From assembly GCA_965219445.1 (NCBI GenBank), contig CBDCNQ010000004.1, positions 384,001 to 448,000 on the forward strand: a DNA stretch of 64,000 nucleotides. The letters run 5' to 3'. A program made the translations under genes and the position numbers. Position 1 is the stretch's first letter. Each line of letters begins with the position of its first letter. Positions 8,289-17,676 of this stretch are shown here, piece by piece. The notes beneath the pieces were generated by a model. It worked only from the letters and a program-made list of their open reading frames with translations. It did not search any database and was not told where the DNA came from. Origin of the DNA: Longimicrobiales bacterium (GTDB lineage: Bacteria > Gemmatimonadota > Gemmatimonadetes > Longimicrobiales > Gaopeijiaceae).

Positions 8289-11009
8289 ATGAGTAACGAC
8301 CCCTTTGGCTCCCTCACCGAGATCGACTTGAAGGAGGGCTCCACATCGTTCTACAGCCTGGCGACTCTCGAGGCCTCGGGTATCGCCGATCTGGATCGCC
8401 TGCCGTTCTCGGTACGCATCCTTCTTGAAAATACCCTCCGGAATGCGGGCGGACGGTATGTGGGGGAGGAACATGTGAAGGCCGTCGCCGAGTGGAGCCC
8501 TACCAACGCGGGAGCGGACGACGCGGGAGCGGACGTGCCCTTCATGCCGTCACGTGTCGTTCTCCAAGACTTCACCGGTGTTCCCGCAGTCGTCGACCTG
8601 GCCGCTATGCGGGACGGACTCAAAGCGCTGGGTGGTGATCCCAATCGAATCAACCCAGTCGTACCGGCCGACCTCGTCATTGATCATTCCGTGCAGGTCG
8701 ACTTCTTCGGGACGCCCGAGGCGTACTGGAAGAACGTGGAGCGCGAATTCGAGCGAAATAGGGAGCGCTATACTCTTCTGCGCTGGGCCCAGCACGCGTT
8801 CGAGGACTTTCGAGTAGTCCCACCAGGCACCGGTATCGTACACCAGGTCAACCTCGAATACCTGGCCTCCGTGGTGCACCGCAGAACGGAGAACGGCGTC
8901 TCGGTCGCGTACCCGGACACGTTGGTGGGCACGGACTCCCACACCACAATGATCAACGGACTCGGGGTCGTGGGCTGGGGCGTGGGAGGGATCGAGGCGG
9001 AAGCGGTTCTCACCGGTCAACCCTACTACATGCTCCTCCCCGAGGTCGTGGGGGTGAAGTTCACCGGAGAGCTTTCCGAGGGTGCCACAGCCACGGATTT
9101 GGTCCTCCATGTGGTACAGATGCTGCGCGCACATGGAGTGGTCGGCCGCTTCGTGGAATACTTCGGGCCCGGGCTGACGAAGTTGACACTGCCCGATCGT
9201 GCCACACTGGCCAACATGGCTCCTGAATACGGCGCGACCATCGGTTTCTTCCCCGTCGATGACGAGACCCTGGCCTACTTGAGGGGTTCGGGCCGGAGTG
9301 CCGGGCTCATCGAACGGGTCGAGCGGATCAGCAAGGAGCAACGTCTTTTCCGAACCGACGAGACCCCGGACCCCGAGTTCACGGAGGTCCTTCACATGGA
9401 TCTCAGCACCGTCGAGCCCAGCGTGGCGGGCCCTAAGAGACCTCAGGATCGGATCGCGCTAGGTGATCTTCCGCAGGCGTTCGCCAGAGACCTTCCGGCT
9501 TTGCTACCCTCCGGATTTTCGGTAAACGGAGATGGCGCTCGAACCGTTCAGGTCGACCTGGATGGGGAAACACATGAACTCGGAGACGGCAGTGTCGTGA
9601 TCGCAGCGATCACGAGCTGCACGAACACATCGAACCCGTCGGTCATGGTGGGCGCGGGGCTCTTGGCGAAGAAGGCCGTGGAGCTCGGACTCCAGGTCAA
9701 ACCCTGGGTCAAGTCGAGCATGGCCCCGGGCTCGAAGGTCGTCTCGGATTACTTGGAGGCTTCCGGCCTCATGGAGTATCTCGATCAACTCGGGTTCGGC
9801 GTCGTCGGGTATGGGTGTACCACCTGCATCGGGAACTCGGGCCCCCTTCCCGAACCGGTCTCCGAGGCTGTTCGAGACGAGGGTCTGGTGGTCGCGGCAG
9901 TGCTCTCCGGAAATCGGAATTTCGAGGCACGTATTCACCCTGAAGTCCGTGCCAACTACCTCGCGTCTCCGATGTTGGTGGTGGCGTACGGGCTGGCGGG
10001 TCGAGTCGACATCGACTGGCAGACCGAGCCCCTGGGCCAGGGCGCGGACGGGCCGGTCTACCTTCGTGACCTCTGGCCCCCATCGGACACTATTCGGGAA
10101 ACGGTCCAGGAAGCGCTGGTGCCCGAGATGTTTGAGCGGCGCTACGCCGAGGTTTTTGAAGGAACCGACCTGTGGCAGGCCCTACCCCTCCCCTCGGACG
10201 ACGATAACCTGTACGACTGGGAGGATGACTCCACGTATATCCGCAATCCTCCATTCTTCCAAGGTATGTCTCTGGATGTCGGGGAGCCCGAAGACATCCA
10301 GGGCGCTCGTGTCCTGGGCATTTTCGGGCAAACGACCACGACCGACCACATCTCGCCCGCCGGCGCGATCCCGAAGGACGAACCCGCGGGGGCCTACCTC
10401 CGGGAACACGGCGTGAAACCGTGGCAATTCAACACGTTCGGTTCGAGGCGCGGCAATCACGAGGTGATGATGCGCGGCACCTTCGGCAACGTACGCATCC
10501 GGAACCTGATGCTCGACCACCGAGAGGGCGGCTACACCGTCCATATCCCGAGCGGAGACGAGCTCACTATCTACGACGCGGCCATGCGCTACCGGTCCGA
10601 GGGCACCCCCTTGTTCGTTCTGGCCGGCCGGGAGTATGGGACCGGGAGCTCCCGGGATTGGGCCGCGAAGGGCACTCTCCTGCTCGGCGTCAAGGCGGTG
10701 ATCGCGGAGAGCTACGAGCGTATCCACCGCAGCAATCTGGTGGGCATGGGCGTGTTGCCCCTTCAATTCGAGGAGGGTGACACCCCGGAATCACTCGGTC
10801 TGACGGGACGGGAGGCGTTCGACATCCTCGGGATTTCCGAGGGACTGGAGCCTCATGCCCGCCTGACCGTCGTGGCCCGCACAGCTGACGGAGACGAGAC
10901 GAGCTTTACGACCGTCGCCCGTCTCGATTCGGATGTCGACGTGGACTATTACCGAAACGGTGGGATCCTGCACACCGTGCTCCGGAGGATCGCCTCGGGC
11001 GAGATGTAG
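8289..11009 (+). CDS. acnA: Aconitate hydratase A
   Basis: LQDFTGVP, VGTDSHT, AITSCTNTSNP, GYGCTTCIGNSG and GSSRDWAAKG motifs; 906 aa. Confidence 0.98.
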   Translation: MSNDPFGSLTEIDLKEGSTSFYSLATLEASGIADLDRLPFSVRILLENTLRNAGGRYVGEEHVKAVAEWSPTNAGADDAGADVPFMPSRVVLQDFTGVPAVVDLAAMRDGLKALGGDPNRINPVVPADLVIDHSVQVDFFGTPEAYWKNVEREFERNRERYTLLRWAQHAFEDFRVVPPGTGIVHQVNLEYLASVVHRRTENGVSVAYPDTLVGTDSHTTMINGLGVVGWGVGGIEAEAVLTGQPYYMLLPEVVGVKFTGELSEGATATDLVLHVVQMLRAHGVVGRFVEYFGPGLTKLTLPDRATLANMAPEYGATIGFFPVDDETLAYLRGSGRSAGLIERVERISKEQRLFRTDETPDPEFTEVLHMDLSTVEPSVAGPKRPQDRIALGDLPQAFARDLPALLPSGFSVNGDGARTVQVDLDGETHELGDGSVVIAAITSCTNTSNPSVMVGAGLLAKKAVELGLQVKPWVKSSMAPGSKVVSDYLEASGLMEYLDQLGFGVVGYGCTTCIGNSGPLPEPVSEAVRDEGLVVAAVLSGNRNFEARIHPEVRANYLASPMLVVAYGLAGRVDIDWQTEPLGQGADGPVYLRDLWPPSDTIRETVQEALVPEMFERRYAEVFEGTDLWQALPLPSDDDNLYDWEDDSTYIRNPPFFQGMSLDVGEPEDIQGARVLGIFGQTTTTDHISPAGAIPKDEPAGAYLREHGVKPWQFNTFGSRRGNHEVMMRGTFGNVRIRNLMLDHREGGYTVHIPSGDELTIYDAAMRYRSEGTPLFVLAGREYGTGSSRDWAAKGTLLLGVKAVIAESYERIHRSNLVGMGVLPLQFEEGDTPESLGLTGREAFDILGISEGLEPHARLTVVARTADGDETSFTTVARLDSDVDVDYYRNGGILHTVLRRIASGEM
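8506..8535 (+). repeat. Perfect 15-bp in-frame tandem duplication in acnA
   Basis: ACGCGGGAGCGGACG x2 (NAGAD-DAGAD). Confidence 0.9.
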
Positions 11010-11015
11010 GGAGCG

Positions 11016-11642
11016 TCACTCTCCGCCGGGCGGTTGCCGGTCCGAAGCTCGTAGTCCTACCGGCGGATTCAGCACCTCGGCCAGGACGATGGCGTCCCGG
11101 AGGGATCTCCGCGAACCGCTCCTGACGCCGGAGATCAGGGTACTGGGTTGTTGGGTCCGGCGAAGCCCCTCCTGCGGCTTGTCCGACGGCTCGGGGGGAT
11201 GCGGCACGAATTCGTGTGGCTTCTCGGGCGAAAGGGGCCGAGGAGGGCTTATCTGGGGAAACTCTTCCTGCGGAGCAGTCCACTCCTCCACCTCCGCTTC
11301 CGGATCGGGGGTCGAGCTCGAACTGGGGGTCGTGGGAGATTCTCGACGCTGCGTAGGCGTCTCCCCTCGAGCCAAGGCTGCGATCTCCTCCCAGAGATCC
11401 GTGGGCACCATCCCCTCAGAGGACTGCGCCACCTGGCCCAGATCCTCGTACGTTTCCGGAATCCTGTCTGCCTCGGGAATTCTGTCCGCCCCTGGGATTC
11501 TGTCAGGCCCCGGAATCCTGTCCGCCTCGGGGAGACGCCCTCGGCGTTGCGCTTCCTTGCGCCGCTTCCGGGCAGCTCCGTCCATCATCGAAATAATGAC
11601 AATGACGGCGATGACCAGAAACTGGATCAGTCCGTCATCCAT
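11016..11642 (-). CDS. YqfB-like membrane-anchored protein (third gene of the nfeD-floA operon)
   Basis: N-terminal TM, Pro/Glu-rich linker, C-terminal SLRDAIVLAEVLNPP; position after floA. Confidence 0.75.
   Translation of the reverse strand: MDDGLIQFLVIAVIVIISMMDGAARKRRKEAQRRGRLPEADRIPGPDRIPGADRIPEADRIPETYEDLGQVAQSSEGMVPTDLWEEIAALARGETPTQRRESPTTPSSSSTPDPEAEVEEWTAPQEEFPQISPPRPLSPEKPHEFVPHPPEPSDKPQEGLRRTQQPSTLISGVRSGSRRSLRDAIVLAEVLNPPVGLRASDRQPPGGE
11455..11526 (-). repeat. Four 18-bp coding tandem repeats (PEADRI/PGPDRI/PGADRI/PEADRI)
   Basis: Plus-strand units: tccggaatcctgtctgcc, tcgggaattctgtccgcc, cctgggattctgtcaggc, cccggaatcctgtccgcc. Confidence 0.9.
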
Positions 11643-11656
11643 GAGCGATCACCCTT

Positions 11657-12646
11657 CTAGGCCAGCGGCTCCGAATCAGTATCATCACTGCTGGCGATGG
11701 CCTGCCGCATAGATGTGTCGGATTGGATGTTGTTGTACCGGACGTAGTCCATGACGCCCATATGACCCTGCCGGAACGCATCGGCCAACGCGAGCGGAAC
11801 CTGTGACTCGGCTTTCACCAGTTCGGCCCGCATCTCCACAACCTTTGCCGTCATCTCCTGCTCCTGGGCGACCGCCATCGCGCGCCGCTCCTCGGCCCTG
11901 GCCTGGGCCACGCGCTTGTCGGCATCGGCCTGATGCGTCTGGAGGTCGGCACCGATGTTCTTCCCGACGTCCACGTCGGCGATGTCGATCGAGAGGATCT
12001 CGAAGGCCGTCCCCGAGTCGAGTCCCTTCGCGAGGACGTTCTTGGAGATCGCGTCCGGATTCTCGAGGACTTCCTTGTGCGTGTTCGCCGAGCCGATCGA
12101 GGACACGATGCCCTCTCCCACACGGGCCAGAATCGTGTCCTCGCCGGCGCCACCCACCAGACGATTGATGTTTGCCCGTACGGTCACGCGGGCCTGGGCG
12201 ATGAGCTGGATGCCGTCCTTCGCCATGGCGGCCACCTTGGGCGTGTTGATCACCTTGGGGTTCACCGAGACCTGCACCGCCTCGAAGACGTCACGGCCCG
12301 CCAGGTCGATCGCGGCCGCCTGCTGGAATCCCAACTCGATGTTGGCCTTGTCCGCACTGATGAGCGCACGAACCACCCGATCCACCTCCCCTCCGGCGAG
12401 GTAATGCGCCTCAAGGTCGTTCACGCTCAACGGGATGCCCGCCTTGGTCGCCCAGATCAAGGGCCGAACCACCGCCGGTGGACTCACCTTACGCAGACGC
12501 ATACCGACCAGGTACCCGATCCCGATACGCACGCCGGCTGATATCGCCTCGACCCACAGACGTACCGGAACCGCCCAGACGATCACCGAGACGAGCATGA
12601 CGGCCATGAAAAGCACGAACAGACTGAAGATGTCGCTTGGCAGCAT
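11657..12646 (-). CDS. floA: Flotillin-like protein FloA (YqfA)
   Basis: [40 protein letters not shown] and [10 protein letters not shown] motifs. Confidence 0.95.
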   Translation of the reverse strand: MLPSDIFSLFVLFMAVMLVSVIVWAVPVRLWVEAISAGVRIGIGYLVGMRLRKVSPPAVVRPLIWATKAGIPLSVNDLEAHYLAGGEVDRVVRALISADKANIELGFQQAAAIDLAGRDVFEAVQVSVNPKVINTPKVAAMAKDGIQLIAQARVTVRANINRLVGGAGEDTILARVGEGIVSSIGSANTHKEVLENPDAISKNVLAKGLDSGTAFEILSIDIADVDVGKNIGADLQTHQADADKRVAQARAEERRAMAVAQEQEMTAKVVEMRAELVKAESQVPLALADAFRQGHMGVMDYVRYNNIQSDTSMRQAIASSDDTDSEPLA

Positions 12647-12763
12647 CGAGTGATCCTTTCGCTGAACCGGCTGACCCGACGGACGGAAACTCCGGTAGAT
12701 CAGTCCGGCAAAGTTAGATGTCCGTTACTTGAGAGCGCCTCCGTTACTCGACAACGCCCTTGT

Positions 12764-14125
12764 TCAGATGTCTTGGCCCGCTTCCTCGCCCGCGTTGCGG
12801 ATGGGCCGGACCACTTGGCGGTATCCCTCTGCGCTCACGACGCGGATAGGCGTGCCCTCCTCGATCCACTCCGACTCGGACACGATATCGACGCGTTCGT
12901 CCCGGAAAATACCGACCCCCGAGGGCCGAAGATCTGTGACGGCGACACCCTCGGCGCCGACAAGGTCGGTCCTCCTTTCAGCGGACTCGTATCCGATGGC
13001 CCGGTCGGTCCGCGCACGGAGGAAAATACCCGACTGAAACAGCCTATTGCTCTTCGGCAGGTGCCGCAGGAGAGCCCATCCCGTAACCAACAAGAGCAAG
13101 ATTGTCGTACTGAGCACGCCCCCCGCCCGGCTGAAGTCCTGCACCGTCGGAAGACTGCCGAGCAGGCTCATGTAAATACCGCCGGTGATACCGGCGATGC
13201 CCAAGACGCCGAAGAGGCCGAAACCGGGGACCAGAAGTACTTCGGCGGCGACGAACAGGACCCCTGCTCCAACAAGAAGGAGATCCTCCCAGCCGGCCAG
13301 CCCGAGAATCAGGTGGGAGCCGAAGAACAGGGACAGAGAAAGCGCACCGGCCAGCCCTGCGAGCCCGAAGGTCGCCGTCTTGATTTCGATGATGAGCCCC
13401 AAGAACCCGAGCGACAGCAGGAACGGAGCTACCACCGGGTTCGAGAAAAATCGGACGAGCCGTTCAGCCCAGTTCACGCCGAGGTCGGTGACCTCGGCGC
13501 CGGCGACGCCGAGATCCTCGAGTAGGGTGGCGAAGTCCTCCGTCTGGGTCGCGTACCCGATGCGCACCGCCTCTTCCGTGGTCAACGTGAGGAGCTGCCC
13601 GGCCTCCACCACGTCCGGAACAGCCAAGGACTCGTCCACCATCGCCTCGGCGATCGCCGGGTCGAGCCCGTGGGCTTCGGCGAGTGCACGCATTTCACTT
13701 CGCATCGCGGAAACGATCTTTTCGGAGGCCTTCGTGCCGGAACCATCGACCGGCGTCACCGCGCCGAGGACCGACCCCGGCCTCATGTAGATGCCCTGTG
13801 TCGCCAGAGCGATCAAAGCGCCCGCCGAAAAAGCTCGGCGGTTCACGAAGGCATAGACGGGCACACCCGAATCGGAAATCGCGTCGGCGATGCGCTCCGC
13901 CGAATCGACGCGTCCACCGGGGGTATCGATATCGAGGACGATGACACTCACTCCCCCACCCTCAGCCTCACGAATGGCACGCTCGATGAATGGCGCGAGC
14001 CCCATTTCCACCACCCCCGTCACGGGCACCCTGAACACCAATGGGGCGTCCTGCGCATGGATATTCGACGGCCAGCCTAGAAGTCCCCCGAACAGCAGGG
14101 CGGCGGTCACATGATTCCGTCGCAT
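12764..14125 (-). CDS. nfeD: NfeD-family membrane-bound serine protease (YqeZ-like)
   Basis: IDTPGG and AFSAGALIALA ClpP-like domain, TM block, C-terminal OB fold (TDLRPSG). Confidence 0.92.
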   Translation of the reverse strand: MRRNHVTAALLFGGLLGWPSNIHAQDAPLVFRVPVTGVVEMGLAPFIERAIREAEGGGVSVIVLDIDTPGGRVDSAERIADAISDSGVPVYAFVNRRAFSAGALIALATQGIYMRPGSVLGAVTPVDGSGTKASEKIVSAMRSEMRALAEAHGLDPAIAEAMVDESLAVPDVVEAGQLLTLTTEEAVRIGYATQTEDFATLLEDLGVAGAEVTDLGVNWAERLVRFFSNPVVAPFLLSLGFLGLIIEIKTATFGLAGLAGALSLSLFFGSHLILGLAGWEDLLLVGAGVLFVAAEVLLVPGFGLFGVLGIAGITGGIYMSLLGSLPTVQDFSRAGGVLSTTILLLLVTGWALLRHLPKSNRLFQSGIFLRARTDRAIGYESAERRTDLVGAEGVAVTDLRPSGVGIFRDERVDIVSESEWIEEGTPIRVVSAEGYRQVVRPIRNAGEEAGQDI

Positions 14126-14207
14126 GGCATTCCCCTCCTCGGGGGTCGTTCGTCGTATCGAACAACTGAAAGGTACGACCGGAACACGCGTCTTAACAGT
14201 AACCCGG

Positions 14208-14238
14208 GATCGGTAAACCTTCTCCAGGTTTACCGATC
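14208..14238. promoter_or_regulatory. Perfect 13-bp inverted repeat between divergent genes
   Basis: GATCGGTAAACCT-tctcc-AGGTTTACCGATC. Confidence 0.5.
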
Positions 14239-14442
14239 GGCTGATTCGGGCTAGAATCCTCGCTTAGAGTGGAGACCCCCCCCGGCAAATATGTTGGGTT
14301 CAATAATGCTGATCACCGATCCCGTCGCCTGGGGGCCTCGAATGAGACGTGCACACATGCCCGAGACCCTCCCTGCCGTCCGCAACATCGCCCACCGTGG
14401 GGTCGTCGGATGCACCGGCCGGATCATTACCACGGGGTGCGG

Positions 14443-15327
14443 ATGACTCAACCGTTTCAACGTGTGACTGTCCTCGGAGCCGGTACCATGGGACATGGGA
14501 TCGCACTCGTATGTGCGATAGCCAGTATCGAAACGGTCCTATACGACGTGGACCTCGCCGCCGTTGATGATGGGCTCAAGCTGATCCGGAAGGAGCTCGA
14601 CAAGGCCGTCTCCCTGGGGAAGCTCACCGATGCGGAGCGGGAGGAGGCGTTGAACCGAATCCAGCGAAGCTCCGACCTCGCTTTTGCGGTTCAAGGCGCT
14701 CAAATGATCATCGAAGCGGCTCCAGAATCGATGGATATCAAGCGCGGCTTGTTCAGGCTTCTGGACCAGAGGGTCGGAGAAGACACCGTCTTCGCCACGA
14801 ACACGTCCTCGCTCAGCATCACCCAGTTAGCGACCGGGATGGAACATCCAGCCCGGTTCCTCGGCGTTCACTTCTTCAAACCGGTTCACGAGAACGAACT
14901 GGTGGAGGTCGTTTGGGGAGAGGAGACGTCCGATGTGACGCGGACGTTGGTCGTCGAGTTCGTCCAGTCGATCGGCAAACGACCGATCCTCGTGCGGGAC
15001 TCGCCGGGCTTCGCGGCGTCGCGACTGGCGATGGCTCAATGCTTGGAGGCGATCCGCTTGGTCGAGACCGGCGTGAGCATGCCGGAGGACATCGACAATG
15101 CGATGGTGCTCGGACACGGGCATCCGGAGGGGCCATTGAGGCGCATGGATCTGATCGGGCTGGACGTCCAGCTGGAGACCGCCAAATATCTTTACGAAGC
15201 GTTAGGATCGGAGGCGTTTCGTCCACCCCAGCTTCTCGAGCAGATGGTTGTGGACGGCAAGCTCGGCAAGAAATCCGGAGAGGGTTTCTACACGTGGAAT
15301 AAGGATAGCCCTTCGGATGAGACCTGA
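14443..15327 (+). CDS. 3-hydroxyacyl-CoA dehydrogenase family protein
   Basis: GAGTMGHGIA, IEAAPE, ATNTSSL, HFFxP...LVEVV and GKLGKKSGEGFY motifs. Confidence 0.92.
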   Translation: MTQPFQRVTVLGAGTMGHGIALVCAIASIETVLYDVDLAAVDDGLKLIRKELDKAVSLGKLTDAEREEALNRIQRSSDLAFAVQGAQMIIEAAPESMDIKRGLFRLLDQRVGEDTVFATNTSSLSITQLATGMEHPARFLGVHFFKPVHENELVEVVWGEETSDVTRTLVVEFVQSIGKRPILVRDSPGFAASRLAMAQCLEAIRLVETGVSMPEDIDNAMVLGHGHPEGPLRRMDLIGLDVQLETAKYLYEALGSEAFRPPQLLEQMVVDGKLGKKSGEGFYTWNKDSPSDET

Positions 15328-15631
15328 TCCGGATTCGACCGCACCGTCCGAGGAACGGCTCGAAGAGCTGAGGGACCGCATCATCGCCGTCGACGATGAG
15401 ATTATTCGGCTGATAGGGGAGCGCCGGGACCTGGCCCTGGACATCGGTCGCATCAAGGAATCGCTCGGACTCCCCGTCCTCGATCCCGCGCGGGAAGCCC
15501 GAGTCGTACGGCGCGTAGCGGAGCGATCTAGGGACCTAGGCGTGGACGAAGAACTCACACGGGACGTGATCTGGCGAATTATCTCTTCCGCCCGCCAAAC
15601 ACAAAGCGAGCGCGGGTCTTCCGAGACTTAG
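15317..15631 (+). CDS. Chorismate mutase (AroQ type)
   Basis: LEELRDRIIAVDDEIIRLIGER...IGRIK...PVLDPARE. Confidence 0.88.
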   Translation: MRPDPDSTAPSEERLEELRDRIIAVDDEIIRLIGERRDLALDIGRIKESLGLPVLDPAREARVVRRVAERSRDLGVDEELTRDVIWRIISSARQTQSERGSSET

Positions 15632-16776
15632 TCGGCCGACAGACGGCTCGGGCCATCGGATGGCGCCAGAGCGGCCATCACATTGAAGGCCAGCCCAACG
15701 GGAACCCGTAACGGATACACACTACCGGGCGGGGTAACACCGCGGATGAGCTGCGGATTGAGCTCTTGTATTCGATTGTAAGACAACCCCATGGTCTCCT
15801 CGATGTCGGCCAACGATGTCGCACCGGGGGTCCACACCAGGTCATACACGTACGGATCCGCCAAAGTCACTTTGAGGTCGAAAAGGGCGGCATCGCGCGC
15901 AAGGTACGTAGCGGCGATCAGTTTCGGCACGTACTGAGCGGTCTCCAACGGAAGGTGATCGACAATCTCCCAATAGAGGCTCTCATCCCCGGCCTGCCAG
16001 TCCGAATGGCGTGCTACGGCCAGTGACACCCGGGTAGGACCGGCGTTATACGCCGCAGCGGCGAGATACCATGAGCCGTATTGCTGATAAAGATCGCCGA
16101 GATAATCGAGGGCGGCGTCGGTGGCCCTCACCGGATCGCGTCGCTCATCCACGTAGGCGTCGATGCGGAGCCCGTACGCTCTCGCCGTAGGGTCCATGAA
16201 CTGCCACATGCCGGTCGCAGAGACCAACGATCGAGCATCGGTGAGATAGCCGGACTCGATCATGGCGAGGTAGAACAATTCCTTGGGCATTCCTCGAGCG
16301 CGGAGCTTACCCCGGATCATGTCCGAGTACAGTCCCGCCCGAGAGAGTGTCTCTTCGAACTCCAGCTTGTGCGACGTGGAGAACCGCACCTTCCACTGCT
16401 CGACGCGTTCGTTCAGCTCGATTGGAAACTCCGCGTCGGCCAAGTCACGCTCCATCTCGGCCAGGGCCGGCGGAACGACGACCAGCGGAACGACCTCGTC
16501 GGAAGACCACTTCGCCTCGACGTTTTCTACGAGCTGACGCACGTGGGTCCAATCGATCAACAACGCAACCAGAGCGAAACTCAGCGCGGCGAGCTGCAAA
16601 ACTCGGTCCGTGGATCTCCGTGCCCGCCCACGCAGTGTGTGCCATCCGCTCTTGGACAAGTTCCGAGACGGCAATGCCGGCGATCGCCCAAGAATCGACG
16701 GCAATCGCCCCGAGGCCCGTGTTCGGGCCCGTCCACTTCGCCCGATCCATGACAACACTTTTCTCATCTCAAACAT
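15628..16776 (-). CDS. Lytic transglycosylase (SLT domain, MltD-like)
   Basis: LAMIESG, ATGMWQFM, DERRDP, AAYNAG and ETAQYVPK motifs; start codon uncertain. Confidence 0.9.
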   Translation of the reverse strand: MFEMRKVLSWIGRSGRARTRASGRLPSILGRSPALPSRNLSKSGWHTLRGRARRSTDRVLQLAALSFALVALLIDWTHVRQLVENVEAKWSSDEVVPLVVVPPALAEMERDLADAEFPIELNERVEQWKVRFSTSHKLEFEETLSRAGLYSDMIRGKLRARGMPKELFYLAMIESGYLTDARSLVSATGMWQFMDPTARAYGLRIDAYVDERRDPVRATDAALDYLGDLYQQYGSWYLAAAAYNAGPTRVSLAVARHSDWQAGDESLYWEIVDHLPLETAQYVPKLIAATYLARDAALFDLKVTLADPYVYDLVWTPGATSLADIEETMGLSYNRIQELNPQLIRGVTPPGSVYPLRVPVGLAFNVMAALAPSDGPSRLSAD

Positions 16777-16785
16777 ATCTATACC

Positions 16786-16835
16786 TCTCCGTCGGCTCAG
16801 CTCTACGCTTCTCCGTCGGCTCAGCACCCTACGCT
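16786..16835. repeat. Imperfect 24-bp tandem duplication upstream of the transglycosylase
   Basis: TCTCCGTCGGCTCAGC at 16786 and 16810, each followed closely by CTACGCT. Confidence 0.8.
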
Positions 16836-16885
16836 AGCAGAGCGGGAAAAGATCCAGGTGGGGTGTCCTTGAAAGTGGACGTCTG

Positions 16886-16934
16886 AAAACAGAAGGGGCC
16901 CGTCCCGCAGCGTATTCGCTGCGAAACGGGCCTC
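16886..16934 (-). terminator. Rho-independent terminator after rpmA
   Basis: Minus strand reads GAGGCCCGTTTCGCAGCG-aata-CGCTGCGGGACGGGCCCC, then TTCTGTTTT. Confidence 0.85.
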
Positions 16935-16950
16935 AATGGACATTGGCCTT

Positions 16951-17205
16951 CTAGGCGGGCGGGTAGACCGAGACCGCCTTGCGGCGTCGGTGCATCTCGA
17001 ACTTGACCACACCGTCGGCAGTGGCGAACAGGGTGTCGTCGCCCCCACGGCCCACGTTGCGTCCGGGATGGAAGTGGGTGCCTCGTTGGCGTACGATGAT
17101 GCTGCCCGCACTCACCCACGCGCCGCCGTAGCACTTCACGCCGAGCCGGTTGGGATTGCTGTCTCGGCCGTTTCGGCTCGACCCCACGCCCTTCTTATGT
17201 GCCAT
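16951..17205 (-). CDS. rpmA: 50S ribosomal protein L27
   Basis: [16 protein letters not shown]...[10 protein letters not shown]. Confidence 0.98.
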   Translation of the reverse strand: MAHKKGVGSSRNGRDSNPNRLGVKCYGGAWVSAGSIIVRQRGTHFHPGRNVGRGGDDTLFATADGVVKFEMHRRRKAVSVYPPA

Positions 17206-17279
17206 CCGGTGCTCCCCGGCAGCGTCGTACGGAAAACCGAGTGTACTCTCGGTGGCTCGCGAACTTCCGGAACACCACA

Positions 17280-17591
17280 CTAGAGCTTGATTTCAGCAAC
17301 TCGGATTTCGGTGAATTTCTGACGATGTCCCTGTTTCCTTCGGTAACCCTTACGCTTCTTTCGCTTGAAGACGACGATCTTGCGGTCCTTGCCATGACGC
17401 AAAACCTCGGCCTTGACGGAGGCGCCGGCGACGATAGGCTGGCCCACCGAGACTGCGTCTCCGTCTGAGGCAATCAGCACGTTGTCGAACGAGACCGTCG
17501 TGCCTTCCTCCGCTTCCAGCGTGGGGATCCGGAGCTTGCTGCCCGGTTCCGCCCGGAACTGCTTACCACCTGTGCGAAAAACCGCGTACAT
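17280..17591 (-). CDS. rplU: 50S ribosomal protein L21
   Basis: [12 protein letters not shown]...KQGHRQKFT. Confidence 0.98.
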   Translation of the reverse strand: MYAVFRTGGKQFRAEPGSKLRIPTLEAEEGTTVSFDNVLIASDGDAVSVGQPIVAGASVKAEVLRHGKDRKIVVFKRKKRKGYRRKQGHRQKFTEIRVAEIKL

Positions 17592-17676
17592 AATGCCTCG
17601 TCGACCCCCGAATTGACGCAAGTATAGCGAAAAACTCACGGAATGCCTGCAGACGGTCAAGCCCTTCTCGGCCTCG

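Noticed and set aside
11455..11526. CRISPR-like array
   Set aside because: The units are contiguous, in-frame coding repeats with no spacers and no cas genes.
17206..17280. Apparent N-terminal extension of L27, as in Prp-processed L27
   Set aside because: The canonical MAHKKG start has its own GGGGAG RBS, and no prp gene lies between rplU and rpmA.
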